Origin: Myxococcota bacterium
Lineage (GTDB): Bacteria; Myxococcota_A; UBA9160; UBA4427
Reading direction: 5' to 3'
Length of the DNA stretch: 64,000 bases
NCBI GenBank assembly: GCA_045106235.1
Contig: JBGCEJ010000013.1
Coordinates: 70,179 to 134,178 of the forward strand
In this document: positions 1-8,405 of the stretch, one piece after another
How positions within the stretch are numbered: position 1 is the first letter of the stretch
Layout: each line of letters opens with the position of its first letter
The notes under the pieces: model-generated
Database searches by the model: none
What the model was told of the DNA's origin: nothing
Seen by the model: the letters and a program-made list of their open reading frames with translations, nothing else
Position numbers and translations under genes: made by a program

Positions 1-417
1 TGCGAAACGGCCGAAGTGGCAGTCATCCCCTGGTCGCCCCTAGCACGCGGCCTACTGGCAGGCTCTCGCAAAGCGCTGCGCGAGAAATCAGGCTCCACCC
101 GCCAGGAAACCGACGGCCTAACAGACTATCTTTATAACGAAGACTCGGACTGGGAAGTCGTCGAAGCCGTACAAGCCGTCGCAGCGGAACGTGAGCTCCC
201 CCCCGCTCAAATTGCCCTCGCCTGGATGCTCTCCAAGCCCTTCGTTACGGCGCCGATCATCGGTGCAACCAAGCTCGCCCATCTCGAAGACGCCATCGCC
301 GCGGTGGAGGTCGAGCTTTCCAAGGACGAAATCAAACGCCTCGAGGCGCCCTATCGCCCGCATTCAGTCAAGGGGATGGGCCCCGCCGCACTCTACCGCC
401 CGTCTCCGGCGCGTTAG
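1..417 (+). CDS. aldo/keto reductase, C-terminal fragment (5' end lies outside the window)
   Basis: The frame is open from base 1. The translation (IPWSPLARGLLAG...PAQIALAWMLSKPFVTAPIIGATKLAHLEDAI) matches the conserved C-terminal half of AKR enzymes. Confidence 0.8.
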   Translation, partial: CETAEVAVIPWSPLARGLLAGSRKALREKSGSTRQETDGLTDYLYNEDSDWEVVEAVQAVAAERELPPAQIALAWMLSKPFVTAPIIGATKLAHLEDAIAAVEVELSKDEIKRLEAPYRPHSVKGMGPAALYRPSPAR

Positions 418-435
418 TTCCAGGCCGCCAACGCG

Positions 436-1656
436 ATGGACACCCCGGATACCGAATCTCCTGTGCCCAAATGGCAGCTCGCCTCTGTCGGCCTATTGGC
501 GATTTCGATCATGGCCCCGGTGACTCTCCCTGTCCCGATTCTCCGCGAGTTCGTCGGCGAGCGTTTCCAGGTCTCGGAACTGCTCACTTCGCTCTTCATG
601 TCCGTCAATATGGTCGGCGCCGCAATCGCTGCACCCTTCGCAGGCGCATTCGCGGACCGCCTGGGAAAGCGCCGTCCATTAATCATCGGCGCGCTGGTTG
701 TGGATGCGGCTTGTTTCGTCGCCATGACCGCAAGCCTCCCCTTCTCCGTCTTTCTGGCGATCCGTTTCATCGAAGGCTGCGCACATATCTTCGCTCTGTC
801 CCTCCTGCTCTCGGTCGCCGCAAGCCTCGGTGGTGCGAACGGACGCGGGCTGACGATGGGCATCACCGGCGCGGGCATGATGCTCGGCGTCGCCCTAGGC
901 GCCCCGATCGGCGGCGCGCTCGGGCGCGAAGACATCCTCCGCCCCCTTTTTGCAGGGGCCGGGCTTCTCGTCGTGGCGATGGCCTTCACCGCGCTGTTCC
1001 TCCCCGACCCCAAGGACGAATCCGAACGCCGCCCCAAACTCGCCGAGATCATCGCGGCGATCCGCGCTCATCGCGCCGTCCTGGCTCCCCTGATCTTCGC
1101 CTTCGCCGACCGCTTCACCGTCGGCTTCTACACCACGACGTTCTCCCTCTTCGCCTCAGGACAGCACGGCGCGACGCCGCCCCAGGTCGGACTCTGGATC
1201 GCCGCCTTCATGCTCCCCTTCGCCCTCTTCTCTTTCCCCTTCGGGATCATCGCGGACCGCGTCTCCAAGACCGCCCTCCTCTGCGGCGGCAGCCTCGGCT
1301 ACGGCCTGCTGACGGCAAGCCTCGGATTCTGGACCACGGACATGATCCCCTACGGAATGGCCATCATCGGCCTCTTCGCCGCCGTCATGTTCGTCCCGTC
1401 GATGTTGATGACGACGGACCTCACTCCACCCGAGATTCGCAGCACCGCGCTGGGCGCCTTCAATACCGCGGGCAGCCTCGGCTTCATCCTCGGGCCCCTC
1501 ACCGGCGGGCTCGTCTCCGAAGCAGTGCGGGCCCAGCATGGCGCCGCAGTCGGCTACCAAGCCGCATTCGGTGTCGCCGGTGTGGCTGAGATCCTCTGCG
1601 CAGCGATCGCTCTGCCCATCCTGCTGCGATTGCGTAGCCGCGGACTCACCACCTAG
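436..1656 (+). CDS. MFS transporter
   Basis: 406 aa with multiple hydrophobic helices throughout. An MFS-type basic loop (GAFADRLGKRRPLI) follows the second hydrophobic segment. Confidence 0.8.
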   Translation: MDTPDTESPVPKWQLASVGLLAISIMAPVTLPVPILREFVGERFQVSELLTSLFMSVNMVGAAIAAPFAGAFADRLGKRRPLIIGALVVDAACFVAMTASLPFSVFLAIRFIEGCAHIFALSLLLSVAASLGGANGRGLTMGITGAGMMLGVALGAPIGGALGREDILRPLFAGAGLLVVAMAFTALFLPDPKDESERRPKLAEIIAAIRAHRAVLAPLIFAFADRFTVGFYTTTFSLFASGQHGATPPQVGLWIAAFMLPFALFSFPFGIIADRVSKTALLCGGSLGYGLLTASLGFWTTDMIPYGMAIIGLFAAVMFVPSMLMTTDLTPPEIRSTALGAFNTAGSLGFILGPLTGGLVSEAVRAQHGAAVGYQAAFGVAGVAEILCAAIALPILLRLRSRGLTT

Positions 1657-1739
1657 GGTAGATTCCGCGCCGCAGAGCCATGCGGGCGAGCGAACGCACC
1701 GCGAATCGCTGCCTCAAGCACGCTCAAAAGGAACCCCGC

Positions 1740-3263
1740 ATGCCGTCGCAATCGACCGCACCCATCTTTCCGGTGATTCTATCCGGGGGATCAGGCACTC
1801 GACTTTGGCCGCTCTCACGACGCGCCTACCCCAAGCAGCTGCTCCCCCTCGCCGGCGAGCAGACGCTGCTCCAGGAAACCGCGCTGCGACTGAGCGGCGC
1901 CAAAACCGCTAACACCTCTAACGCCTCGAAAACCTCCGAAGGCGAGCGTTTCGAAGCGCCCCTGATCCTCTGCAACGACGCCCATCGCTTCATTATTGCC
2001 GAGCAGCTGCGAGCGATGGACATCGAGCCCCTCGCCATTGCCCTCGAACCCGTCGCCCGGAACACCGCGCCCGCCATCGCTGCCGCGGCGCTGATGGTGG
2101 CCGAGCGGGACCCCGACGGGATCATGCTGGTTTTGCCCTCGGATCATGTGATTCAGAATGATGCGGCTTTCCAGAAAGCCATCTCGGATGCCAGTGCCGC
2201 GGCCCGTAGCGGAGCGCTCGCGACCTTCGGGATCGAACCAGAGCATCCTGAAACGGGATTCGGGTATATCCGTCGAGGAGAGCTGCTGGCCGACGTGAAA
2301 GTTGAAGGCGACGGCGTTTTTTCCGTGGCTGAGTTTGTCGAGAAGCCCAACGCAGAGCGGGCACAAGCGTTTCTCGACTCCGGTGAGTACAGCTGGAACA
2401 GCGGCATGTTCGTTTTCCCCGTGCGGGGCCTGCTCGCAGAACTCGAACGCCTGCAGCCGGAACTCCTCGAATGTTGTCGAAAAGCGGTCAAAGAAGCCTC
2501 GAGAGACCTCACCTTCATTCGCCTCCAGGAGGACGCCTTCGCGCGCTCCCCGTCGATTTCGATCGATCATGCGGTTATGGAACATACGGACCGCGCCGCG
2601 GTGGTCACGCCGCGAGGCCTCGGCTGGAACGATGTCGGGTCCTGGAATGCGCTCTGGGAGATCGGCGAGCCCGACGCCCGAGGCAATGTCGTCGCGGGCG
2701 ATGTCGCCCTTCACGACGCAGAAGGCTGCTATGTCCGCGCAGAAAAGCGCCTCGTCGCCGGCGTCGGGATCCGCGATCTGGTCATCGTTGAGACTCAGGA
2801 CGCGATCCTCGTCTCGCCCCGAAACCAGGTCCAAGATGTGCGCGAAATCGTGGCCTCTCTCGATCAGGCCTCGCGGCCCGAATCCGAATGGCACGCGAAG
2901 GTGTACCGCCCCTGGGGGAGCTACGAGCGCGTGGCTGACGGTGACCGCTTTCAGGTCAAGCAGATCGTCGTGAAGCCGGGCGCGAAGATCTCGCTTCAGA
3001 TGCATCACCACCGCGCAGAGCATTGGGTCGTGGTGCAGGGCACGGCTCGGGTCACAAAAGGGGAAGAGGAGATTCTTCTCGGCGAGAACGAATCCACTTT
3101 CATCCCTCTCGGCGTGACTCATCGCCTCGAGAACCCCGGTGAGATCGACCTGACTCTGATCGAGGTGCAGTCGGGCTCCTATTTGGGAGAGGACGACATC
3201 GTCCGCTTCGATGATGCTTACGGCCGCGAGAGAGAAAAGGAGCGAAACGGAGTCGAGTCGTAA
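1740..3263 (+). CDS. manC: mannose-1-phosphate guanylyltransferase / mannose-6-phosphate isomerase (type II PMI-GMP)
   Basis: N-terminal nucleotidyltransferase motif ILSGGSGTRLWPLSR. C-terminal cupin with QMHHHRAEHWVVVQGTA...IPLGVTHRLENPG. I chose the internal ATG at 1740, which is preceded by AAGGAA, rather than the track start at 1680. Confidence 0.9.
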   Translation: MPSQSTAPIFPVILSGGSGTRLWPLSRRAYPKQLLPLAGEQTLLQETALRLSGAKTANTSNASKTSEGERFEAPLILCNDAHRFIIAEQLRAMDIEPLAIALEPVARNTAPAIAAAALMVAERDPDGIMLVLPSDHVIQNDAAFQKAISDASAAARSGALATFGIEPEHPETGFGYIRRGELLADVKVEGDGVFSVAEFVEKPNAERAQAFLDSGEYSWNSGMFVFPVRGLLAELERLQPELLECCRKAVKEASRDLTFIRLQEDAFARSPSISIDHAVMEHTDRAAVVTPRGLGWNDVGSWNALWEIGEPDARGNVVAGDVALHDAEGCYVRAEKRLVAGVGIRDLVIVETQDAILVSPRNQVQDVREIVASLDQASRPESEWHAKVYRPWGSYERVADGDRFQVKQIVVKPGAKISLQMHHHRAEHWVVVQGTARVTKGEEEILLGENESTFIPLGVTHRLENPGEIDLTLIEVQSGSYLGEDDIVRFDDAYGREREKERNGVES

Positions 3264-3311
3264 GCTGGCAACGAAAAGCCTCAGCCTACCCTCGGGGGGA
3301 ATCGCTCAAAC

Positions 3312-3340
3312 AGGGTCCTTTTAGACCCTTTTTTATTTTT
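3312..3340 (+). terminator. rho-independent terminator after manC
   Basis: AGGGTC / GACCCT stem with a 6-nt loop, followed by TTTTTTTATTTTT. Confidence 0.6.
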
Positions 3341-3593
3341 CGAGAGCTCGATCGTCCCCTTCTCAAACCCCACATGTGAGTTTTGATAAGCGCATCCGCA
3401 ACACGCAGATGCGTATCCGAAATTCCCGCAGGTAAGAAAAATTGAATGCTCTAAATCAAAGAATTTGTTGAAGAATTTGACATTTTTTTGGTTTGGTTGA
3501 ACCCCCATCGTGATAGGCTGCAGATCGTTGCGTTGGAATTGCCCATGGCGGGCTTTCCGCTCAGCACCAAGCTTCTTTGGAAGGATTCGCAAA

Positions 3594-4331
3594 ATGCGAT
3601 TGTTCACGCTCCCCATGCTCGCGATGGCCACCGTTGGTCTCCTCGCTTCCTCTGCTCAGGCCGGCCTCTACGGTGACTTCTCTGGCTCGACCGTGACTTT
3701 TGAAGATGTCCAGGATCAGAACGGACTCTTCGGAGCGCCCACCGTGAGCGGTGACTCGCTGGACTTCAGCCCGAACACCTTCGAAGCAGACTGCTCGGTC
3801 GATCCGAGCTGCCCGCCGAACCCGACCACGGTCGATGACACCCTGACGATCACGATACAGGCCGATAGCGGTTCGTTCATCGACGACATTCTTCTTCAGG
3901 AAGCCGGCGACACCACGCTTGCGAGCTTCCTTGATGCCTTCGCTGCCACGACGGTCACGGCCACGGTCTTCATTGACATCTTCGAGATCGACGGTGTCTC
4001 CGTGAATAACATCAGCGCCCAGGCGCAGATGGCCTTCTCCAATAACGGCGAGTTCGAGACCACCGACGAAGGAACCGGAACGCATATCTGGACCGGCTCC
4101 TTGCTCATCGACCTCGACCAGATCATCGCCAACAACGGCGGAAGCGGTCAGGCCACGCGCGTCCAGCTGAACCTGAACAACACGCTGGTCGCCTTCGCTG
4201 AAAGCGGAGCGTCGGCGCGCATTGAAAAGAAAGACATCGACGGACTCGCCGTGACGGTCGTGCCGGAGCCGGGAACCGCCCTGCTCATGGGACTCGGCCT
4301 CGCTGGCCTCGCCTCGATTCGCCGACGCTAA
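3594..4331 (+). CDS. PEP-CTERM sorting-domain protein, paralog A of an unrecognised family
   Basis: Signal peptide MRLFTLPMLAMATVGLLASSAQA. C-terminal VPEPGTALLMGLGLAGLASIRRR is the PEP motif, a TM helix and a basic tail. It is collinear with the next two ORFs. Confidence 0.85.
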   Translation: MRLFTLPMLAMATVGLLASSAQAGLYGDFSGSTVTFEDVQDQNGLFGAPTVSGDSLDFSPNTFEADCSVDPSCPPNPTTVDDTLTITIQADSGSFIDDILLQEAGDTTLASFLDAFAATTVTATVFIDIFEIDGVSVNNISAQAQMAFSNNGEFETTDEGTGTHIWTGSLLIDLDQIIANNGGSGQATRVQLNLNNTLVAFAESGASARIEKKDIDGLAVTVVPEPGTALLMGLGLAGLASIRRR

Positions 4332-4353
4332 AGCGGAGGCGCCTCTCGAATTG

Positions 4354-4392
4354 AGCGGCGCTGCTCTGGTGAGTAGCGCCGCTTTCTTGTTT
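4354..4392 (+). terminator. rho-independent terminator between PEP-CTERM paralogs A and B
   Basis: Perfect 9-bp stem AGCGGCGCT / AGCGCCGCT with a 12-nt loop, followed by TTCTTGTTT. Confidence 0.7.
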
Positions 4393-4597
4393 CAAACCTC
4401 AACCAAGCCTGATCTGAGCGCCGTTCAATCAGGGAGGATTGCAGTAACGAATAAGCTTTGACCCGTGGACTCCACCGAAACTGCAATAGAAGGCAGGGGC
4501 GGTAGAACCTCTCAATGAATGGCTGGTCTGGGAAGGCAGCTTTTCCGCGAAGGTTCACAAGTAAGGACACGACAAAACCTGTAAGGGGAATATCGGA

Positions 4598-5374
4598 ATG
4601 CATCGTATCTTTTCAACGGTGGTCTCAACGGGCTCTGCGCTCGCGATCGCTGCTCTCTCTCTCTCGGCACAGTCGGCAAGCGCTGCCAACTACGGCAACT
4701 TCACGGGGAACAACTTCTCCTTCTTGAACGTGTCGGATATCAACGGCCTCTTCGGAGCGCCCACGGTCAGCGCGAACAGCTTGGACTTCACGCCCAACTC
4801 GTTTGAGGCTGAATGTTCGGCAAGCGCGACTTGCCCCCCGACGCCGCATACCGTGACGGATACGCTGACTCTCCAGATCCAGTCTGACGGATCGGGTTTC
4901 ATCGGCGGCATCAACCTGAACGAAGCCGGCGACACCACGCTCTCCAGCTTCCTCAATGCTTTTGCGGCCACGACGGTTTCGGCCGACGTCTTCGTTGACG
5001 TCCTCGAGCTGAACGGGACCTCGATCAACAACCTCAATCTGACGACCCAGATGAACTTCTCCTCGAGTGGCGACTTTTCCACGACGACGGACGGTTCGGG
5101 TACGCATCTTTGGACGGGCTTCCTGGGCCTCGACATCGACCAGCTGATCGCAGACGCCGGCCTGACCGGAAACGCGACGCTGGTGGAAGTCAGCCTCAGC
5201 AACACGCTCACCGCCTTCGCCGAATCGGGCGCCTCCGCGCGCATCGAGAAGAAGGACATCGACGGGCTTGCGATCAAGGTCATTCCGGAGCCGGGTACTT
5301 CCCTGCTCATGGGACTGGGCCTCGCAGGCCTCGCCTATGGCGGACGACGAACGGGCGGACGACGCACGGTCTAA
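4598..5374 (+). CDS. PEP-CTERM sorting-domain protein, paralog B
   Basis: Signal peptide ending SASA. It shares the blocks NGLFGAPTVS, EAGDTTL, AFAATTV and AFAESGASARIEKKDIDGLA with paralog A. C-terminal IPEPGTSLLMGLGLAGLAYGGRR. Confidence 0.85.
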   Translation: MHRIFSTVVSTGSALAIAALSLSAQSASAANYGNFTGNNFSFLNVSDINGLFGAPTVSANSLDFTPNSFEAECSASATCPPTPHTVTDTLTLQIQSDGSGFIGGINLNEAGDTTLSSFLNAFAATTVSADVFVDVLELNGTSINNLNLTTQMNFSSSGDFSTTTDGSGTHLWTGFLGLDIDQLIADAGLTGNATLVEVSLSNTLTAFAESGASARIEKKDIDGLAIKVIPEPGTSLLMGLGLAGLAYGGRRTGGRRTV

Positions 5375-5504
5375 AGGACCGGCGGAACGCCTGCCCCAAA
5401 AGAGGCCGGTCCAGCGCGGGGTGATCCCCCGCTGCCCCACGACCGATCTTCTTATGCTGAGCTGAATATGTTGAGCCTCGGATTCGAGGCATGAGGTAAC
5501 GAAG

Positions 5505-6269
5505 ATGACCCGCACAATCACCCGAATCGCACTCACTCTTACGCTGGCCTTGGGCTTCGCGAGTGCGGCCAACGCCGCGTCCTACGGCGATTTCATGGAT
5601 CCGACGGGCACGGTCTCGTACCTGAACGTGCAGGATAATAACGGCCTCTTCGGGGCGCCTTCGGTCAGCCTGAACAGCCTGGACTTCACGCCGGTCAACT
5701 TCCAAGCGCAATGCTCGCAGTGTCCGACGGGATCAACGACGGCCGATATCCTCACCCTCGATATCCAAACCACCGGCGGTCAGCAGATCAGTGAGCTCCG
5801 CGTCAACGAAGGACTCGACTACACCCTCCAGTCCTTCGATGCGACCGGCTTCGCTTCCGCCATCGTCACGGCAAACATGTTCGTCGATATCACCGAAGTA
5901 AACGGCGTCGCCGTGAACGGCCTGAATGCAACGATCCCCGTGATCTTCTCGCCCTCGGGCAACGCCTCAGTGATCGGCTTCGGCATCGATACCGGCGTCA
6001 TCCTCGGCACCAGCGGCGCGATCGACATTCAGCAGATCATCGCTAACGCCGGCGGAACGGGAGAAGCGACGCGAGTCTCGATCAGCCTCGACAATACGCT
6101 TCAGGTCTTCCACGACGGTTCGGGCGGCCAGGCTCAGATCCGCAAGCGCGATACGGACTTCGTCTCCCTCACGATTAACGGTGGAGATCCGATTCCGGAG
6201 CCGACAACGGCCCTTCTGCTGATGGGCGGCCTTGCAGCTCTGGCGGCGCGGCGCGAAGGGCGCGAGTAG
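5505..6269 (+). CDS. PEP-CTERM sorting-domain protein, divergent paralog C
   Basis: Signal peptide ending ANA. It retains YGDF, NGLFGAPSVS-LNSLDFTP and the Cys pair. C-terminal IPEPTTALLLMGGLAALAARREGRE. GAGG lies upstream of the ATG. Confidence 0.8.
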   Translation: MTRTITRIALTLTLALGFASAANAASYGDFMDPTGTVSYLNVQDNNGLFGAPSVSLNSLDFTPVNFQAQCSQCPTGSTTADILTLDIQTTGGQQISELRVNEGLDYTLQSFDATGFASAIVTANMFVDITEVNGVAVNGLNATIPVIFSPSGNASVIGFGIDTGVILGTSGAIDIQQIIANAGGTGEATRVSISLDNTLQVFHDGSGGQAQIRKRDTDFVSLTINGGDPIPEPTTALLLMGGLAALAARREGRE

Positions 6270-6423
6270 AAGCAAGACCGATCGGCAGCTTCAAGCTGAG
6301 CGATTCCAGAGCGGAAACAAATGCGCAGGTTGGGGCCAGAAACGGGACCCAGCCTGCGTTTCGCGTTTTAGGCCTTCCAAAAGGATCTCGATCCGAATAA
6401 GGTAGACGTTTCGTAAGTAGAAT

Positions 6424-7725
6424 ATGAGAATTCGTATGCCGAATTGCATCACGAAAGCCAGATTCGCTCCGCCCCGACCCTCCTTCACAGAGAGGGCGCT
6501 CTCCCTGCTCGCCCTTTTTCCGCTGAGCCTCGTCTTCTTGCTGCAGAGCTACGCGTTGCCCGCGCACGCGGTCATGGCCACAGACGGCGGGCCGATTGCC
6601 GTTCGCCTGACCTCCACAGGCCTCCTCGACGCCGACGAACTCAACGCGCTCGATCTCCAGGGCCGATTTGGCAGCTTCCTTGGCACCCCGGTCGACGAAA
6701 CCCATTTCTTAACCGCGCAGCATATCGGGATCTCCCCGAGTGATACGATCAGCTTCGCCAGCGGACCGAATCTCGGTACTTACTCCATCGTTCAGTGGCA
6801 CGACGATCCTGAATCCGACCTCCGCATCGTCGAAATCAACGGCACCTTCAATGAATGGGCGCTGCTCTTCGGCTCGACGGACGAAACCGGTCGGTCGACC
6901 ACCATCTTTGGCCGAGGCGGCGCCCCGATTCAGCAGGTCACCGTGGGCAGCGAGCTCAAGGGCTGGACCGCGGCCTCACCCGACGGCGCAATCAGCTGGG
7001 GACGCAATATCGTGACCGGCACCCTCGGCGGGGACCTCCTCTACGCCCGCTTTGATATCAACGGTCTCGATGAAGAGGCCGGCCTCACTTCGGGCGATTC
7101 GGGCGGCGCCTGGTTCGTGAAGGATGCCGTCGGCCTCTCCCGGCTGGCCGGGATCTCATTTTCCACCACGGGCCCTTATCAGCTCGACCAGAATGGCTCG
7201 CCCGACGGCAGCGTTTTCCAGGCCGGCATTTTTGACATAGGCGGCCTCTGGGTCGGCTCCCCTGGGAACGAAGTCTTCATTCAAGAAAACCCCGTGAACG
7301 TCCCGGGCGTCGGAATCGCAACCCGCGTCTCGGATCGCATCGAATGGATGACCACCATCATCGACCTCGCCCCTGAAGACACCGACGATGACGGCATTCT
7401 CAACGCCTTCGACAATTGTCCCTTCGTCGCCAACGCGAATCAGCTGGATAATGGCGGGCTGGGCTTTGGCACCGTTGGCGATGGCATCGGAAATGTTTGT
7501 CAGTGCGGTGACGTTACGGGCGAAGGCCAGGTGAACGATACCGACGCTGCCTTTATCAAACGCCATGCCCTTGGGCTGGCCGCGCCCCTTTTCCTCGTAC
7601 CCGATCACTGCGACGTGACCGGCGACGGGATTTGCAACGGCACGGATGCCTCGTATATCCGGCAGGCCGCCGCCGGACTCAGCAACCCTAACTTTGGTCA
7701 GAACTGTCCCAATGCGCTGCCCTGA
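6424..7725 (+). CDS. secreted trypsin-like (S1) serine protease with C-terminal thrombospondin-type-3-like and dockerin-like repeats
   Basis: N-terminal hydrophobic signal. Candidate catalytic triad TAQH(100), SDLRIV(Asp132) and GDSGGAW(Ser226). C-terminal DTDDDGILNAFDNCPFVANANQLD is TSP3-like. Two repeats, GDVTGEGQVNDTDAAFIKRHALG and CDVTGDGICNGTDASYIRQAAAG, are dockerin/EF-hand-like. Confidence 0.75.
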   Translation: MRIRMPNCITKARFAPPRPSFTERALSLLALFPLSLVFLLQSYALPAHAVMATDGGPIAVRLTSTGLLDADELNALDLQGRFGSFLGTPVDETHFLTAQHIGISPSDTISFASGPNLGTYSIVQWHDDPESDLRIVEINGTFNEWALLFGSTDETGRSTTIFGRGGAPIQQVTVGSELKGWTAASPDGAISWGRNIVTGTLGGDLLYARFDINGLDEEAGLTSGDSGGAWFVKDAVGLSRLAGISFSTTGPYQLDQNGSPDGSVFQAGIFDIGGLWVGSPGNEVFIQENPVNVPGVGIATRVSDRIEWMTTIIDLAPEDTDDDGILNAFDNCPFVANANQLDNGGLGFGTVGDGIGNVCQCGDVTGEGQVNDTDAAFIKRHALGLAAPLFLVPDHCDVTGDGICNGTDASYIRQAAAGLSNPNFGQNCPNALP

Positions 7726-7792
7726 TCTAAAAACCGCGCGCGGCCCCCTTACACGCGATCGCCGCGTGAGGCGAAACCCTCGAGCGCATCCG

Positions 7793-8392
7793 ATGCGAGC
7801 GCTCAGCGCGATCGCGATCGCCGGACTTGGACTGCTTATCGCTGCGCAGAGCCAAGCGGGCAGCCTCGTCTTTTTCGAGGGCAGCATCAACCCAGGACAG
7901 ACCCTCTATCTCCCCTCGCCTGCCGTTGCTGAACCCATCGACATGAACGTGCGCCCAGAAACCGCAGAAGGCGGCGGCTTCTACGGCTTCAGCGAGATCC
8001 TGATCTGGGCGACCGGAGATCTTGTGATCGGGACTGCGGGATTCGGATGCCAGGCAGCCAGCTGCCTGTTCTCGCCCCTTCCCTTCGTCTCCGGAAAATC
8101 GCTGACCGCGACCGGAGGAGAAGATCTCGACGGTTTGTTCACCGCCGAAGAGGACGTACTGACGTTCTCGGTCTCGGGCACGAATGGCTACCTCGTGATC
8201 GCCGCGGGCGAATATATCGATGCGACTGGAAACGCGAACGATCCGGGCGATGCCCAGAAGATCAACGTCATCCCCCTCGTTCAGGTTCCCGAACCAAGCC
8301 TGCTCGGCCTGACTCTCCCAGGCCTAACACTCCTCGCAGGCTTGGCCCGCCGGCGGCGCAGCGGCTACGGGCGAACGCATCACCCCGCCTGA
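7793..8392 (+). CDS. PEP-CTERM sorting-domain protein (unrelated to paralogs A-C)
   Basis: The internal ATG gives the signal peptide MRALSAIAIAGLGLLIAAQSQA. C-terminal VPEPSLLGLTLPGLTLLAGLARRRR. Confidence 0.75.
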   Translation: MRALSAIAIAGLGLLIAAQSQAGSLVFFEGSINPGQTLYLPSPAVAEPIDMNVRPETAEGGGFYGFSEILIWATGDLVIGTAGFGCQAASCLFSPLPFVSGKSLTATGGEDLDGLFTAEEDVLTFSVSGTNGYLVIAAGEYIDATGNANDPGDAQKINVIPLVQVPEPSLLGLTLPGLTLLAGLARRRRSGYGRTHHPA

Positions 8393-8405
8393 ACCGACGG
8401 CCCGA

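Noticed and set aside
471-1589. 372-aa alternative-frame ORF inside the MFS transporter gene. There are many similar same-strand overlaps, such as 12161-13048 and 53234-54139.
   Set aside because: These are out-of-frame readings of real genes, with Arg/Pro-rich low-complexity translations.
1815-3122. Long antisense ORF (435 aa) opposite manC. Similar cases are 19883-21427 (-), 25365-26132 (-), 26255-27238 (-), 37802-38818 (-), 49533-51113 (+), 55247-56701 (-), 61038-62072 (-) and 62715-63812 (-).
   Set aside because: Each lies opposite a gene with clear family motifs. Their translations are Arg/Gly/Ala/Pro-rich with no recognisable motif. Stop-free antisense frames are expected at this GC content.
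3477-3482. Consensus TTGACA -35 box as a defined sigma-70 promoter for the PEP-CTERM island
   Set aside because: There is no acceptable -10 hexamer at 16-18 bp spacing. I kept it only as part of the AT-rich region finding.
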